From positions 31,744,001-31,808,000 of the forward strand of contig NC_042999.1 of NCBI RefSeq assembly GCF_006345805.1: a stretch of 64,000 bases of DNA. Reading direction: 5' to 3'. This DNA is from Octopus sinensis (Eukaryota). Shown in pieces: positions 9,621 through 23,550 of this stretch (the first letter of the stretch is position 1; the number at the start of each line of letters is the position of its first letter). The notes below the pieces were generated by a model. That model made no database searches and had not been told where the DNA came from. It was given only the letters and a program-made list of their open reading frames with translations. A program made the position numbers and the translations under genes.

Positions 9621-10962
9621 TATATGTATATACGTACATGTATGTGTGTGTGTATACGACGGGTTTCTTTCAACTTCTGTTTACCATTAAAACAATATAA
9701 AGGTAGGTGTATGCAGATGAGAATATCTTATTATTTTCATCTATAGAGAACGAACTGGAACTAATGATTCTTTTAAAGTGATGCAATATATAATGAAAAG
9801 GCAAAAGTGCAGTCTAAGATTTACTTCGACATTTCTGATGACTAACAAATGGGAATTCAGATCCGTTATTTGTCACTGGAGACAATTCGCTATTTGATAA
9901 TACCATATATATTAAGTTGATATGCTCTACGATATTGAGAAAATCCGGGCAGTCAGAATTTTAGATAAATCTTTATTTGCGCTTTCGTTCGTTTATCAAG
10001 CTGGTCAGGACAATATCAAAATCGTAATGGTAAAACAAAACGTTTCGTTGTCCATTAAAGGGAATCGGGTGCTTTATTTGGTTTGTTTAAAAGACAAGAA
10101 TATTTTTCTTGTGTTTTTGGAAATAGTGGGAATGCGAGAAAGAAAAGCAAGGGGGCGACTCAATAATAAACAGAGAGAGAGAGAGAGATTTCAGAACAAT
10201 TAAGAAATGACAAACAGAAATGATTACGTTCGAGGGTGTATGTATATCTGTTTGTATGTGAGTAATTATGCACATATATATGCTTGTTTGGTTGTCTGTC
10301 TGTTTCGTATGTATTCTCAAACGGCTTGACCAAGTCAAATCAAATTTTACAAGGTAATACTATCAGACGCTATGAGTGTCAACGTGTATTTCTGTTTTAA
10401 TTTGGATTAAAACAATATAACATTGACATTGGTTCGGTATTACGTATCATAAGTGTTCAAGAGCAAGTCTATTACCTCATTTCTTTCTCTGCTACCCACA
10501 AATGAACAACCAACGTTCCTCCAAATTTACTTTAGGAGTGATGTAGGACAACAAACCCGAAGGCGACGTCAAAACTTCAGATAATGCGTGGAATGAGACA
10601 CAGTGCCGACCGCCGCAACGGGCAGTGTATCCACTGATAGCTTTTCGGTGCGTTTAAAATTCACGTACCCACCGCCCTCAATTTTCTACAAGTTAAGGTC
10701 TGGTATCCTCTAAACGGAAGCATGTCATGTCGCTTGGCCGAATTAGCCCATCATTTACTCCACAAATGACCTGTCATCAATGCTGCACTTTCCCGTGTTA
10801 CCCCTTCATTTTTAACTGCATACTACCTCAATACATCTGACTAATATGGGCATAATGAGACACTCTTATTTACAGGCTGTAAGATCCATTTTATGTCCAT
10901 TTTATATCCACACACACACACATACATGGATATATTTATACACATACGCCCCCCACCCTCGC

Positions 10963-11044
<82 letters not shown>

Positions 11045-11054
11045 CGTACATATA

Positions 11055-11215
11055 CGAAAGGATTCTTCGAGTTTCTTCTATCAAATCCACTCAGAAAGAG
11101 TTGGTCTGACTGAGGCTATAATAAAAAAAACACATAAATAGGGTGCCACACAGTGCGACTGAACTCGCAGCGATGTGATTGGGAAGCAAGCATCTTACGA
11201 CACTGCCACGCATGC
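11055..11215 (-). mobile_element. tRNA-headed SINE, degenerate (same family as 47870-48035 and 51900-52062)
   Basis: Reverse complement carries gtggcacc...tatagcctcagtcagaccaa..tgagtggatttg..gaaactcgaagaa core shared with those copies. Confidence 0.65.
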
Positions 11216-11224
11216 ATATATTTA

Positions 11225-12521
11225 TATCGTGTTTCATCCCTTAGATAATGCGTTTTTTTATACTTCATTTTGTTTTTCGAAATTAAGATAAACAATGTTC
11301 TTTTCCGATGTAAAATATAACTTTCTTTAATTTCTGCAGTGGTCTTCCATCGATCTGGCCAGGCCCCTCTTTCTAAATTCATTACTCGGTATCGAAAAGT
11401 ACTCCTCCAGTACTATTCTGAACTCGTCTACGAAATTCGTATTTTTTCCCGTGTAAATGAATTTGAAAACTGTGGAACAATTGAATATCAGACGTGGCAC
11501 TGTCCGGCGAATATGTTTGGCGCATCGCTTCCTATTCAAACTGGTCCAGCCTTTGGAATGTTATCCTCGATCTATGTGAGCGAGCATTATCCTGATGGAA
11601 GAACACCTTTTGTGTTGAAACCAAATTTGGTCGTTTTCCTTCTAGCGCTCACTTAAGCCCCAAAACCTCCTTGCAGTAAATCTTTTTATCGTATGGTTTG
11701 AGCTTAAAGTTTCAGAGTGGACTAAACATTTTATCTCCCACCAAACAGATGACAACACCTTGTGTGTGTGAGGAATTTCTTTAAAGTCTCCGGCGCTTGA
11801 CATTTTCATAGAGAACCCATTTCTCGTCGCCAGTCACTACTCGGTTCGAAAAGGCTCATTTGTGATACGTGACAACAAAGAAGAGAACACATTCACTCTC
11901 TGAGCTTTATTATACTCCATAAGTTTGTGGGGCTCATATTGATCCAATTTGCTGACTTTACTGATGTCACACAGGTGTCGATGAATGGTTGAATGACCAT
12001 TGAAATCCAAGCTTCTCTGCCCGTTCCTCAAGAGTTACATCGGGATTTGTTCCACCAGTGTCCTTGTCGAGTTCTAAAGATCATCCAGGATGAGGCTCGT
12101 CTTTTAGGCTGTAGTTTCCAGCTCAGATTTCTTGGAACCATTTCTCACCTTGACTTACGCTTACTGTCCGATCCACATGTACTTAATGCATTACAGGGGA
12201 TCGGACAATAAGCGTAAGCCAACGTGAGAAATGGTTCCAGAAATGGTTCCTATATTCCCCGCACTTTCCGTTGCGTTGTTAGTTTTATTGAACTCATACA
12301 TCAAAATATACCGAATATGCTCCTTTGTCACTTCTAATTTAGCTTTGAAAAAATTACTGTTAATATGGAACTGCACTCTTGAAAATTTGCACTAAGTGTA
12401 GGTACAAGATAAAATTACCACCTGCTTGTACAGCAAGTTCATGCAGTTAGTTTATCCCGTCCCCCACTGATTTTAGTTCATGTAAATGACAAAACCGCAT
12501 TATTTATGGGATGACTCAATA
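11225..12521 (-). mobile_element. Full-length (~1.3 kb) decayed mariner transposon
   Basis: TIRs at both ends (tcatcccttagataatgcg / ccgcattatttatgggatgactcaata|TA); relic ORFs KEHIRYILMYEFNKTNNATESA, IARDMGFSHDTIHRHL-like segment, DEFRIVLEEYF. Confidence 0.9.
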
Positions 12522-13619
12522 TAAAGCAAAATATATCTACATATAAAGGGACAGATAGACAGAGAGAGGGAGAGGTATTTAGAGAGAGAGACATAGAATT
12601 ATATTATAAATTCAGGAGTGACCGACTGAATTCGCAAAAAAATATAAGTAGGTGTTTTACATCTCACCATTGTGATATGATTCAGGAACAGTCCTCAATT
12701 ATTCTTAGAGTTACACGATGAATAACAAGAAGCAACTGATGATGAAAGGACTTTGTTGATATATGTACGTATATGTGTTTTCGGATGTATATGTGTATTC
12801 AGGTAGTGCGCTAAATAAGACGAGTGGGATTGTCTTAATTATCTTAGTAATATGACTATTTAATAAATACTTCCCTTCAGTACCAATCCTTCTTGTACTG
12901 TGTTCTAGTTTCAAAGATTTCCTTTTTTTATGTTACGTAAATGAATAATATATTGTTTCATAGAATAATGTCTCATACACTACTCAAAGATTTAATACAA
13001 AATTCTAAAATAATGAGTTTAACCAAAGTATTTATAATCATATATTTTTTTATATTCTAGTGTTCTGACGCCTAGCTCGCTGTTGTGAGATTTACAATCA
13101 AATAAGGTGTAATAATTTGCGAAAGGGCAGGAGCACTTTTCGGGAAGAGCTACTTTATTTCAGATGTTTGCCGAATATATCAATGGTTTACGACTCTCTT
13201 TGGAAGAGATCATTGATTAAATTATTTTCTCCACAATATCAAGTAACGTTTACTATGTAATACAGACCACTACCTACTACTTATTTTTGTTTTGTACAGA
13301 GCAGAAAAGGAAAGAACAGCTGCATCTCATAGGTATGACAGTCAAATATTTGCTAAATGAGAATCTACTGCATTATAATTCAAGTCGATGCTGTGTAACT
13401 GACTAAGTGATAAATCACGTTTGAAACTATGAGCCTTTCAGGTTCCGAAATTCATATTACTATATCAGTTCCATCGGATGTGATTTAACTACTTGAATAC
13501 ATTCAATACGTTATATTAAATCTCTAGTTTATAACTTGGTTATATTTTGCACTCCGCAAAGATGACACGGACGTTCATATTGCAAGTCCTACTCCGTAGT
13601 TTCTACTTCGTAGCTTCCT

Positions 13620-14085
<466 letters not shown>

Positions 14086-14099
14086 TTTTCTTTCTACTG

Positions 14100-14464
14100 C
14101 AGTAAAAAGACCCGGAATTTGTGAGGAGTGTGACGGTCGATTAGGTCGATCCCAGTATGCTACTGGTATTTAATTTATCGACCATGGAAGGATGAAGGGG
14201 AAATTAGGCCTCGGCGGAATTTCAGCTCAGCACCTATTTCTTTACAACCCACAAGGGGCTAAACACAGAGAGGACAAACAAGGATAGATAAACGGATTAA
14301 GTCGATCACATCGTCCCAATGCGTAACTGGTACTTAATTCATCGACCCCGAAAGGACGAATGGCAAAATCGACCTCGGCGGAACCTGAATTCAGAACGTA
14401 ACGACAGACGAAATACCGCTACGCATTTCGCCCGGCGTGCTAACGTTTCTGCCAGCTCACCGCC

Positions 14465-14466
<2 letters not shown>
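14100..14466 (-). mobile_element. tRNA-headed SINE plus adjacent partial second copy
   Basis: Minus strand starts aaggcggtgagctggcagaaacgttagc, B-box-like gttctgaattcaggttccgccgagg, then gtcgattttgccattcgtcctttcggggtcgatgaattaagtaccag, which resembles a Deu/Nin-type SINE core from memory (unverified); core repeated at 14140-14230. Confidence 0.8.
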
Positions 14467-14538
<72 letters not shown>

Positions 14539-14539
<1 letters not shown>

Positions 14540-16107
14540 GATTCACCAAAGAAATAGATATGAAATTTGGATTAGAGAAATGCGCCAAAGTAACCCTTAA
14601 AAGAGGAAAACCAATGAAGAGTAGCAACATCTCACTAGATAAAACCAATGAAATAAAAGAATTAGACCAAAGCCAAACTTACAAATACTTAGGAATCCAT
14701 GAACTAGATAAGACTCAACACACACAAATGAAAGAGAAAATAAAAATAGAATATTATTGATGAGTTAGATCAATACTGAAAACAGAGCTCAATGCTAAAA
14801 ACAAGATAATAGGTACCAACACTTTAACCGTCCCAGTTATAAGTTACAGGTACAATATCCTTAACTGGACACGAAATGAACTGACCAAAATAGACAGGAA
14901 AACAAGAAAAATAATGACAGGATCTAGGATGCATCACCCAAAATCTGACATAGAAAGGCTACATATACAACGTATAGAAGGTGGTAGAGGCCTTATACAG
15001 CTGGAAAACTACTATAAAATAACCACCATAGGACTGCAAAAATATATGCTTCAGAAGGAAGGAAAACTGATACAAATAGCGGCAAAACACGAGCAAAACA
15101 AAAAACTGTTCACAGTATTTAAGGAAGCTGACAAATACAAACAAGAAATCATACCATATAACAAATATGAAGAAGAAGAAGATGAAGAAACAAAAAAAGC
15201 TATAAAACAAATGAAATCCAAACTAAAAATAGAACAGCAACGAACCATGATAAAACGATGGCAAGAAAATCATGGCAAATATTGGACTAAACTAAATGCA
15301 AAAGAAATAGACAAAGAAAAATCCCAACAATGGTTGAGAAGCTCAGTACTCAAAGCAGCGACAGAGGGATTTTTAATTGCAGCACAATACCAAAGCCTCC
15401 CCACCAGAAATTACCAAAAACATGTAATGAAAAGAAATACAAGTAACTGCACAATATGTGGAGATGGACAAGAAACAATAAATCATATTATCTCTGGCTG
15501 CCCAGTCCTGGCTAAGAAGGAATATATTCACAGACACGACAGATTTTGGACCTATATACACTGGAAACTATTCCAACATTATGGAATAACAACAGAAAAA
15601 AGATGGTATAGGCACACACCCGAAAAGGTCATAGAAAACGAGAAAGCAACCATACTCTGGGATATGCCAATACACACAGATAGTAAAATTAAGATCAACA
15701 TACCAGATATAGGTGATCATGAAGAAGAAAAATGTTTTCTAATTGATGTATCAATACAGGCAGATGACAACGTGTCTCTAAAAGAAATGGAGAAACTTTC
15801 AAAATACAAAGACCTGGAAATAAAGGTAACCAGAATGTGGAATCTAAAAACAGAAACAATTCCTATCATAATAGGTGCATTAGGCATGATAAAAAATAGA
15901 TTCAGACAAATACATAACAAAAACACCAACACTTACAAACACATATAACATACAGAAAATTGCACTACTAGGCACTGCACACATCCTACGCAGAACACAT
16001 TCCATACAGTAACCACCAGAGAATCACAACAAATCACAGCACATATCCAAGGCACACAGAGCTGCGCTCGGTAGTGAAGTGAAACCACGATATAAAAAAA
16101 TATACTA

Positions 16108-16110
<3 letters not shown>
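14539..16110 (+). mobile_element. R4/Dong copy B, 5'-truncated within RT
   Basis: Starts (AAT)n|GGATTCACCAAAG (GFTKEIDMKFGLEKC), stop at 14758-14760, ends TACTACTG(AAT)n. Confidence 0.95.
14914..15948 (+). pseudogene. Copy B post-RT region, CCHC knuckle and REL endonuclease (344 aa, frameshifted at the end)
   Basis: CTICGDGQETINHIISGC; IPDIGDHEEEKCFLIDVSIQ..KEMEKLSKYKDL. Confidence 0.9.
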
Positions 16111-16180
<70 letters not shown>

Positions 16181-16286
16181 TTAATAATAATAATAATGAT
16201 GATGATGATGGTGATGATGATGATGGTGATGATGATGATGATGATGATGATCATGATGATCATGATGATCATGATATTATCTGTGG

Positions 16287-16728
16287 TATCTGCTGAATAC
16301 AACAGATTTGCCTGTCAGTTGTTTGACCTTAACCAGTTGACCATGTCCCTTAGTGGCTGACAATATATGCATCTCTTATCACAAGTAGAAGCAGTGAGGG
16401 AGCATCATAGTCATGTTTTGAGAGGGATTCTCTGGTGTTTGAATAATTCACCTCTGGAAAAAAGTGTTTCGTTCAACATCCTTAAGCAACCCTTATTCAG
16501 GGACCGTTTGAGCGGGATGGGCTACTCAACCTGAAGAAAATTCTAACTGGGCCCCACCTGCAAGGTCATGTGCTGTTTATCTTCATATGAGATAACCATG
16601 TCGCCCACATATGGTTGGTATGCATGTGCCTGGTGTACCCTTATCAGACGGGTGGTCATGATGGATATGCTGGGCTTCGTATATTTTACCCAAGTGTCAC
16701 TTTGATGGCATGCACTGCTCCCTCACTC
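16287..16728 (+). mobile_element. ~550-nt element, 5'-truncated copy
   Basis: Aligns to 33166-33694; ends gcactgctccctcactc(AAT)n; follows the Dong B tail. Confidence 0.9.
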
Positions 16729-16729
16729 A

Positions 16730-16736
16730 ATAATAC

Positions 16737-16770
<34 letters not shown>

Positions 16771-16853
16771 AATATAATAATAATAATAATAATATTAAGG
16801 TATCTGGGTGAGATTTGGAGCCAACTTGTACAAATATAAAGCAAATGTCAAAC

Positions 16854-16925
<72 letters not shown>

Positions 16926-17026
16926 TAATAATAATAACATCAACAACAGCAACAATAATAATGATAATAATAATAATAATAAGACGAAGAAGAAGAAGAA
17001 GAAGAATAAGAAGAAGAAAAGAAGAA

Positions 17027-17058
<32 letters not shown>

Positions 17059-17095
17059 ATAAGAAGAAGAAGAGGAAGAATAATAATAATAATAA

Positions 17096-17126
<31 letters not shown>

Positions 17127-17132
17127 AAGAAA
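16730..17132. repeat. Compound (AAT)n-(GAA)n microsatellite with short unique interruption
   Basis: Direct reading. Confidence 0.9.
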
Positions 17133-17133
17133 C

Positions 17134-17600
17134 GGTGTTTCGTTCAACATCCTTAAACAACCCTTATTCAAGGACCTTTCGAGCGGGATGGATTACTCGA
17201 CCAGAAAAAAATTCTAACAGGGCCCCACCTGCAAGGTCATGCGCTGTTTATCTTCATATGAGATCACCATATCGCGCACATATGGTTGTGATGCATGTGC
17301 CTAGTGTACCCTTATCAGACGTGATGGTTAAACTGGGCTTTGTATATTTTACCCCAGTGTCACTTTGATGGCATGTGCTGCTCTCTCAATAATAATAATA
17401 ATGTTTCCAGAGGTGAATTATTCAAACAATCCCCCTCAAAACATGGCTATGATGTTCCCCCACTACTTCTGCTCGTGATCAGAGATACACATATCATCAG
17501 CCACAAAAGGGGCATGCTCATTTGGTTAAGTTCAAACAGCTCACAAGCAAATCTGTGGTATTGAGCAGAATATTTGCTGTAGCCCTTCTTTTATACCAAG
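17134..17600. mobile_element. ~550-nt element, rearranged copy: 3' half on + (17134-17387), (AAT)5, 5' half inverted (17401-17600)
   Basis: The two pieces meet the consensus at the same breakpoint (cctctggaaacat|gggtgtttcg). Confidence 0.85.
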
Positions 17601-17677
17601 TTTAATATTATCATTATTACCATTATTCTTCTTCTTCTTCTTATTATTATTATTATGATCATTATTATTATACTTAA

Positions 17678-17725
<48 letters not shown>

Positions 17726-17802
17726 CATTATTATGATCGTTATTATTATTATTATTATCATTATTATTTTTATGATCGTTATTATTATCATTATCATTAT
17801 TA

Positions 17803-17858
<56 letters not shown>

Positions 17859-17945
17859 GTTGTTGTTGTTGTTGTTGTTGCTGCTGCTGTTGTTGTCGTC
17901 ATCAACATCGTTGTTGTTGTTGCTGCTGTCGTCATCATCAGTACC
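17601..17945. repeat. Compound (ATT)n-(GTT)n microsatellite
   Basis: Direct reading. Confidence 0.95.
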
Positions 17946-18433
17946 ATTGCCATCCGGCATTTAGAAAAAAATCGGCTCTAAAATATCAAAAACCGTTCCC
18001 ACTGACCAACAATGGGGCATTTTATGTCGTGTAAATTTCATGACTCAATAGGAAGTACCCTCTATACAATTGTTTGCAGAAAACCAAGTCGACATCAACG
18101 TAATATGGGGCAACAGACTACAATTCCTTGCTTAACAAAATTCTTTTGTGAAAACGCTGTTTGATAACTTTGGGAAGATAACCATCATCATGAATAAAGG
18201 TTAACTGTATTCGCTAGGAAACAGAACTGGAAGGAATTCAACTCGACGTTTGTAAGGTGTGTGTCCCCATTTGCCAAACAATGTCTTGTTTTTAAGACAT
18301 TGTGATAGAATTGGGTGTTTATAAACCGAAGGCACAGTACATGCGGGTTCAGAATATAAGTGTAAGGCAAATCTAAATTGACAATGACAAGTTGAATCAT
18401 GTCTTCTCATCACATTTGTGGCAGCTTATAGGC

Positions 18434-19096
18434 CAGTGGTTCTTAACAATTTTTTGTAACACTCCTTTTTAAGTAGTTGCTATGCCTTTCACTCACCTAA
18501 TGGAGAGTGTGGTATGACTACTAAATTTAAATAACATTTATAACAATGTACAAAGTTTATAAAAAGTGGACTGTATACACTTTTAACGGTGAATTAATAA
18601 AATAATAATCGTGACAAATGTAATTTTACTTGATACGCTGCAAGTAAATGGTTTCCTCGTGGCTGATGAGATCTATGGATGAGATCTCGTAGCTAAGCGT
18701 TCAATCTTAGTCAAAAAATTCAGGTCTCCTCTTTGACTTAGTGCAAATCTATTTTGTTGCTTTGTCAGCAATTGTGGTACCACGTTGTAACTTTTCTCCA
18801 CTAAAAATGAAGGAGAAACAATCGATTTAAGCAGGTAATATAATTTCCTGTCACATTTGGGGACAAATTCATTGTATTTTGGGAGAATGAATATACATCT
18901 AGGCTGTTGAAAAGGAATTTGAACTTCGAAAGCACTTTTCATGTTAATAATTTCTTCATATAAATACTAATGAGCAGAAGAGGCTTCAGACAGAAATCAA
19001 TTTATGAACAATTAAGGTACTTTAAGATCAGTAAATTCTTTAATTTATAACTTATCATTAAGTCTTTTCTCACTGTCTGCTGATGAGAACAATAAG

Positions 19097-19149
<53 letters not shown>

Positions 19150-20000
19150 AATATTAAATTGATAAATTGCAAAAAAATCTCCGGTTCGTTAATCTCCTGC
19201 TGCTGAATCTCTCTTCGCTGAAAAATTAATTAAATTCATATTATTTCCATGTATCTTAATGTTAACCCCATTTAATTTAGTTGAAGTATCAATAGGACAT
19301 AGAATGTCCACCCTTTCGTTGCTTAGTTTATTATACATTGCTTCGTTATATGAATTAAGAAATTATTAAACAGTATCATAAGTATCATAAAAATACTTTA
19401 GATAGTTTCTCTTCAGCAGCCATCGCATCCCAGCATGAAGCCACTGGAGCTTGGATTTTCTTTTTCATGGCAAATATTTATGTGCCTTACCGCTAAGATG
19501 TTTTGCTGTCAAGTGTTCTCGGTGAACAATACAATGAACTGAAAGTATATGGAGAACTGTTTCCATTCAATGTACTATAAATCCCTGCTGATGGATTATC
19601 ATAGTTAGTGCTTTATCTCTTGCACATGCAATGCTATTTCTGAGAGGAACGTTCTTAGCATTAAAGCATCTTTAACAACCTTATCGCTTGTAAAGCTTTT
19701 TGCACCACCTACAATTTTTCAGCAAACATCCCTTCCTGAATTTATTGATTTGAATTTATATAATGGACGTAGGTCATTAAGAAATATTCATTGCAACGTA
19801 AAGTTGACTCATCAAGTTCGAAATAGAATTCTTCATTTTTTTAAAGCATCACATAATTTACTTTCCACATCTTGAACCATGTCATCTATTCTTGCTGCTA
19901 GTGTACTGTTACTAATACGACTTGGCATTGCTGTATCCATATTTCAATTATTCATTCGTGTATTTGTGGCACTTCTTTTTTCTGTTTCCACTCATTCTAA
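18434..20000 (-). mobile_element. Decayed hAT (Buster/Charlie-like) transposon
   Basis: TIR cagtggttcttaac preceded by ttaTAggc; relic peptides FLVEKSYNVVPQLLTKQQNRFALSQRGDL (C-terminal dimerisation region) and PSRISNSTLAARIDDMVQDVESK..FELDEST near 19780-19930. Confidence 0.8.
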
Positions 20001-22869
20001 AGTTTTAAAATAAAAACGTATACGGCAATGGTTTATGATTTAATCACTAAACAAAGTAAAATGGAGATCACAAAGTACAAAGAAAACAAGCATGACTGTG
20101 CGCCTACAAAATACTACTCAAGACAGAGATATAGCGTTAAATTTGAATTATTCTTTTTCAATTCTGTCTTTAGCCACGGTATATACTTATCTCTCATTTC
20201 ATTTTAATAACCATGGCCAGTTTTATCTCGAGTAACATAAATACTGCTATAGGTAAAATTTAGTATGATAATTATGTTACCTCACAAACGCCCTCAACTG
20301 CCTCTCACCCCCTCCTAAAGCCTTACGTCACGTTCCACATGTCCAGCATGTCCTTCGTGGCGGTAACGCGTACGTGGAGAAAATGTGGCACAGGCGGTTG
20401 CTGACCGTGGAGAGGACACAATGCAAAATGTAGTCAGAAGATCCGTGAATAAATCTGCTGGTTCGGATATATATTGATGAACAACACCACTATCCTGGAG
20501 TTGAACAACAATGATTCAACAGATATAAGGTCAATCAAATGGGTGAAAGAAAACTGAAGACGTAGTTACAAGGTGTGCATTTGCAATAGTGAAGGACACC
20601 TGAGAGCTTTCATGTCAGAGAACAATAAAATCTAACGATGTAAAACCACAACGGCAGGCAACAACAGGTACAATACAGTCTAGAAGTGACGACATTGAGT
20701 CTATTTTGAACTACCTTGTCTAATCCCGTTTGCCATTCTTAATTTTGCAGCTGTACTTAATATCTCCAGCCGATACTTGGCGTTTTACAATAACTGATAT
20801 AACCACATCTACATGTTGCCTCCCTATTTTCATCACTATCGCTATAAATCCTCCTCTTCGCCTCACTATCTTATTAATTTCATAAACAAAAACAAAAGTA
20901 AATTTTGTATACTTTACGCAAGCTATCTTATTTACGCCATATGTGCGGATCTTCTCATGAGGACAACTTGACTGCTATAAGCAACTAGGAAAATATGTAC
21001 TAGTTGATACTTTCCATTCCCTTGCTTTTATACATTTATACTTGCAATATTGACACAATAGTGGACTTCATTGCATAAAATGCAGGTTTACACCAACCAC
21101 TCGACCTTAACCCAAACAGCTGAAAACTTATATGATAACATTATGTACGTATTACATGTACCATTTCTTATAAACGCATTCTTTATGACTGTTATTGTTT
21201 GCCTTTATTCCTACTGCTGGACTACCTAAACCGAATGGAAAACCTAGTGTATAAAATTCTGAATTCTTTGACGACTAAATGGTAACTATCTATACGACGC
21301 TTTCATAAGTAGTTTATTACCCATTCGCGGTAATAAAATATGCATGTATTTACATATGCATAAATGTATTTACAGAGAGACACAAGACGTGAGAGAGAGA
21401 AAGATAGAGAGAGGTGGCAGGGACAGAGAGATATAGAAACAAAGACAGAGTAAATGAAACAGAGAGAAGAAATACTAATATTTAGAGTTGTCTGTATACA
21501 AGACACAAATGCAATAGAAAAATTTCATTATATATATATATTTCCTTTCGTAGTTTTGTCATCTGCATACAATATATTCGTTGGCTTAACCTGTTCAATT
21601 TCAAGAAACAATAAATTTCACGCTTTATATTCGATATTCTCTAAATATTTCAATCAAATGATCTGATATGTATTACAACTGTAGCTTATTTTTTACATAC
21701 AGCTCTAGTGAGTTTACTATCTACAAATAGGTTAATGACAAAAATTTCACATCTTTTGGACTCACTGCATTCATCGAAAAGTGTTAGTGTTAGTGGTAAT
21801 AGTTTAGATTTTCTCTTCTACATTAATCAAATATCTATCAGTGTTTATATGCAGATAAAATGTGTTGCACAGTAAAGTTTTGAAAGAACAAACTTCGCTT
21901 AACTCATGAATATTTTCGAAATTCCACTCTAACTAATATTAGAAACTTTCTCAAGATCTTGGATAAAGAAATTTCTCTTGAAAATAACATTTAAAAATAA
22001 AAATATAAATAAGAATCTGCAATTGAACTGAATTTTCATTTTCTAATTTTTATTACACCAAAAAAAAAGTGGGGGGAAAAGAAAATTCCGATAAGATGAT
22101 CTAGATTTTGAAATGTTTGAGAGTAGTTGAATGGATTCTGAAGAGATTGCAAGACACTTCAAATTGCTTGGAGTGCTGTTCATGTTAGTCTGAATAACAA
22201 TGTGGTCTCTACTCTCTCGTGTCATTCGTAACTTTTAGCAAAATGTAAAACTTGTAGATTGTAGAGATGCATCTATTAAAGCAATGATTGTGGTTTAAGA
22301 AATTTACTTCTCAACTATGTGGTTTCGCAGCAGACTCTACTGCTCTGCAATTCTAATAGAAATCACATAATATAGCCGCGGAGGAAAACAAGGCAGGTTA
22401 ATTAAAATTTGATTAACACAAATTCGTTTTATAACGTAGAAAAGGTATAATCTGTGACACCCGTCTATTGAAATAGTTGAACATGTAACTTTTCTGTAAG
22501 GATAATTTACTCCACAAATTTCTAATAATATTGAGCATCATAACATATGCCAAGTACAATGTCCATGTCACAAATCGATAAGCATAATTCTTACGCTGTC
22601 ATTTATACAGATTGACGTATAAAGGCGCAAGCAAGTAGACAAGAGAACCTTTGTCATGAAAGAGGAAGCGCGCGTTCGTGCATATAAACAAGAAAAAGAA
22701 ATACGCATTACGTGATGAGGAGTGATATATATATATATATGTGTGTGAGTGTGTGTTTGTGTGTGCGCATGCTTTGTGTGTTTGTATGTAGTTATATATA
22801 TTTACGTTTAAATTTGTAAATATGTATGTATGTATATATATATGTATATCTATATACATATATATATAT

Positions 22870-22906
<37 letters not shown>

Positions 22907-22911
22907 TAACA

Positions 22912-23044
22912 GCTATTGCTATGAGTAACGCCTCACCAATTGGAACTCTTAATTCAAACTACTTCAATAAACATATGTATATTTATTGAAGTATTTTGGA
23001 TTTAGAGTCCAATTTCAGCGTGAGGCATTACTTATAGCAATAGC
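22912..23044. repeat. ~133-bp imperfect palindrome
   Basis: gctattgctatgagtaacgcctcac...tacttcaataaa vs tttattgaagta...gtgaggcattacttatagcaatagc, ~10-nt loop. Confidence 0.9.
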
Positions 23045-23224
23045 CCTTACTATGATAATGTATTTTATATTTATGTATGTCAGTGTGTGTGTGTCTGTGT
23101 ATGTGTCGCTTATGAACTTATACAAATACACAAACCACGTTTAACCTACAACTATTGTAGGTTAATACGCTACTTGAAACCACGAATAAGGTGAATTTTG
23201 CCTTTAAAAGTATATTCATCTTCC

Positions 23225-23275
23225 TATCTATTTATCTCTTTCTCTATCTACCTATCTATCTATCTATCTATATAT

Positions 23276-23322
<47 letters not shown>

Positions 23323-23327
23323 ATGTA

Positions 23328-23366
<39 letters not shown>

Positions 23367-23371
23367 ATATC

Positions 23372-23402
<31 letters not shown>

Positions 23403-23444
23403 CTATCTATATATATATATATCTATATATATATATATATATAT

Positions 23445-23484
<40 letters not shown>

Positions 23485-23550
23485 TATATATGTATATGTA
23501 TATATATATGTATACATACATATGTATATATATTTATGTACATATATATC
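23225..23550. repeat. Compound (TCTA)n/(AT)n microsatellite
   Basis: Direct reading. Confidence 0.95.

Noticed and set aside
22300-22360. Third hammerhead-like motif (minus strand TTGCAGA-GCAG..CTGC-GAAAC)
   Set aside because: Two core mismatches and only a 2-bp stem III; could be chance
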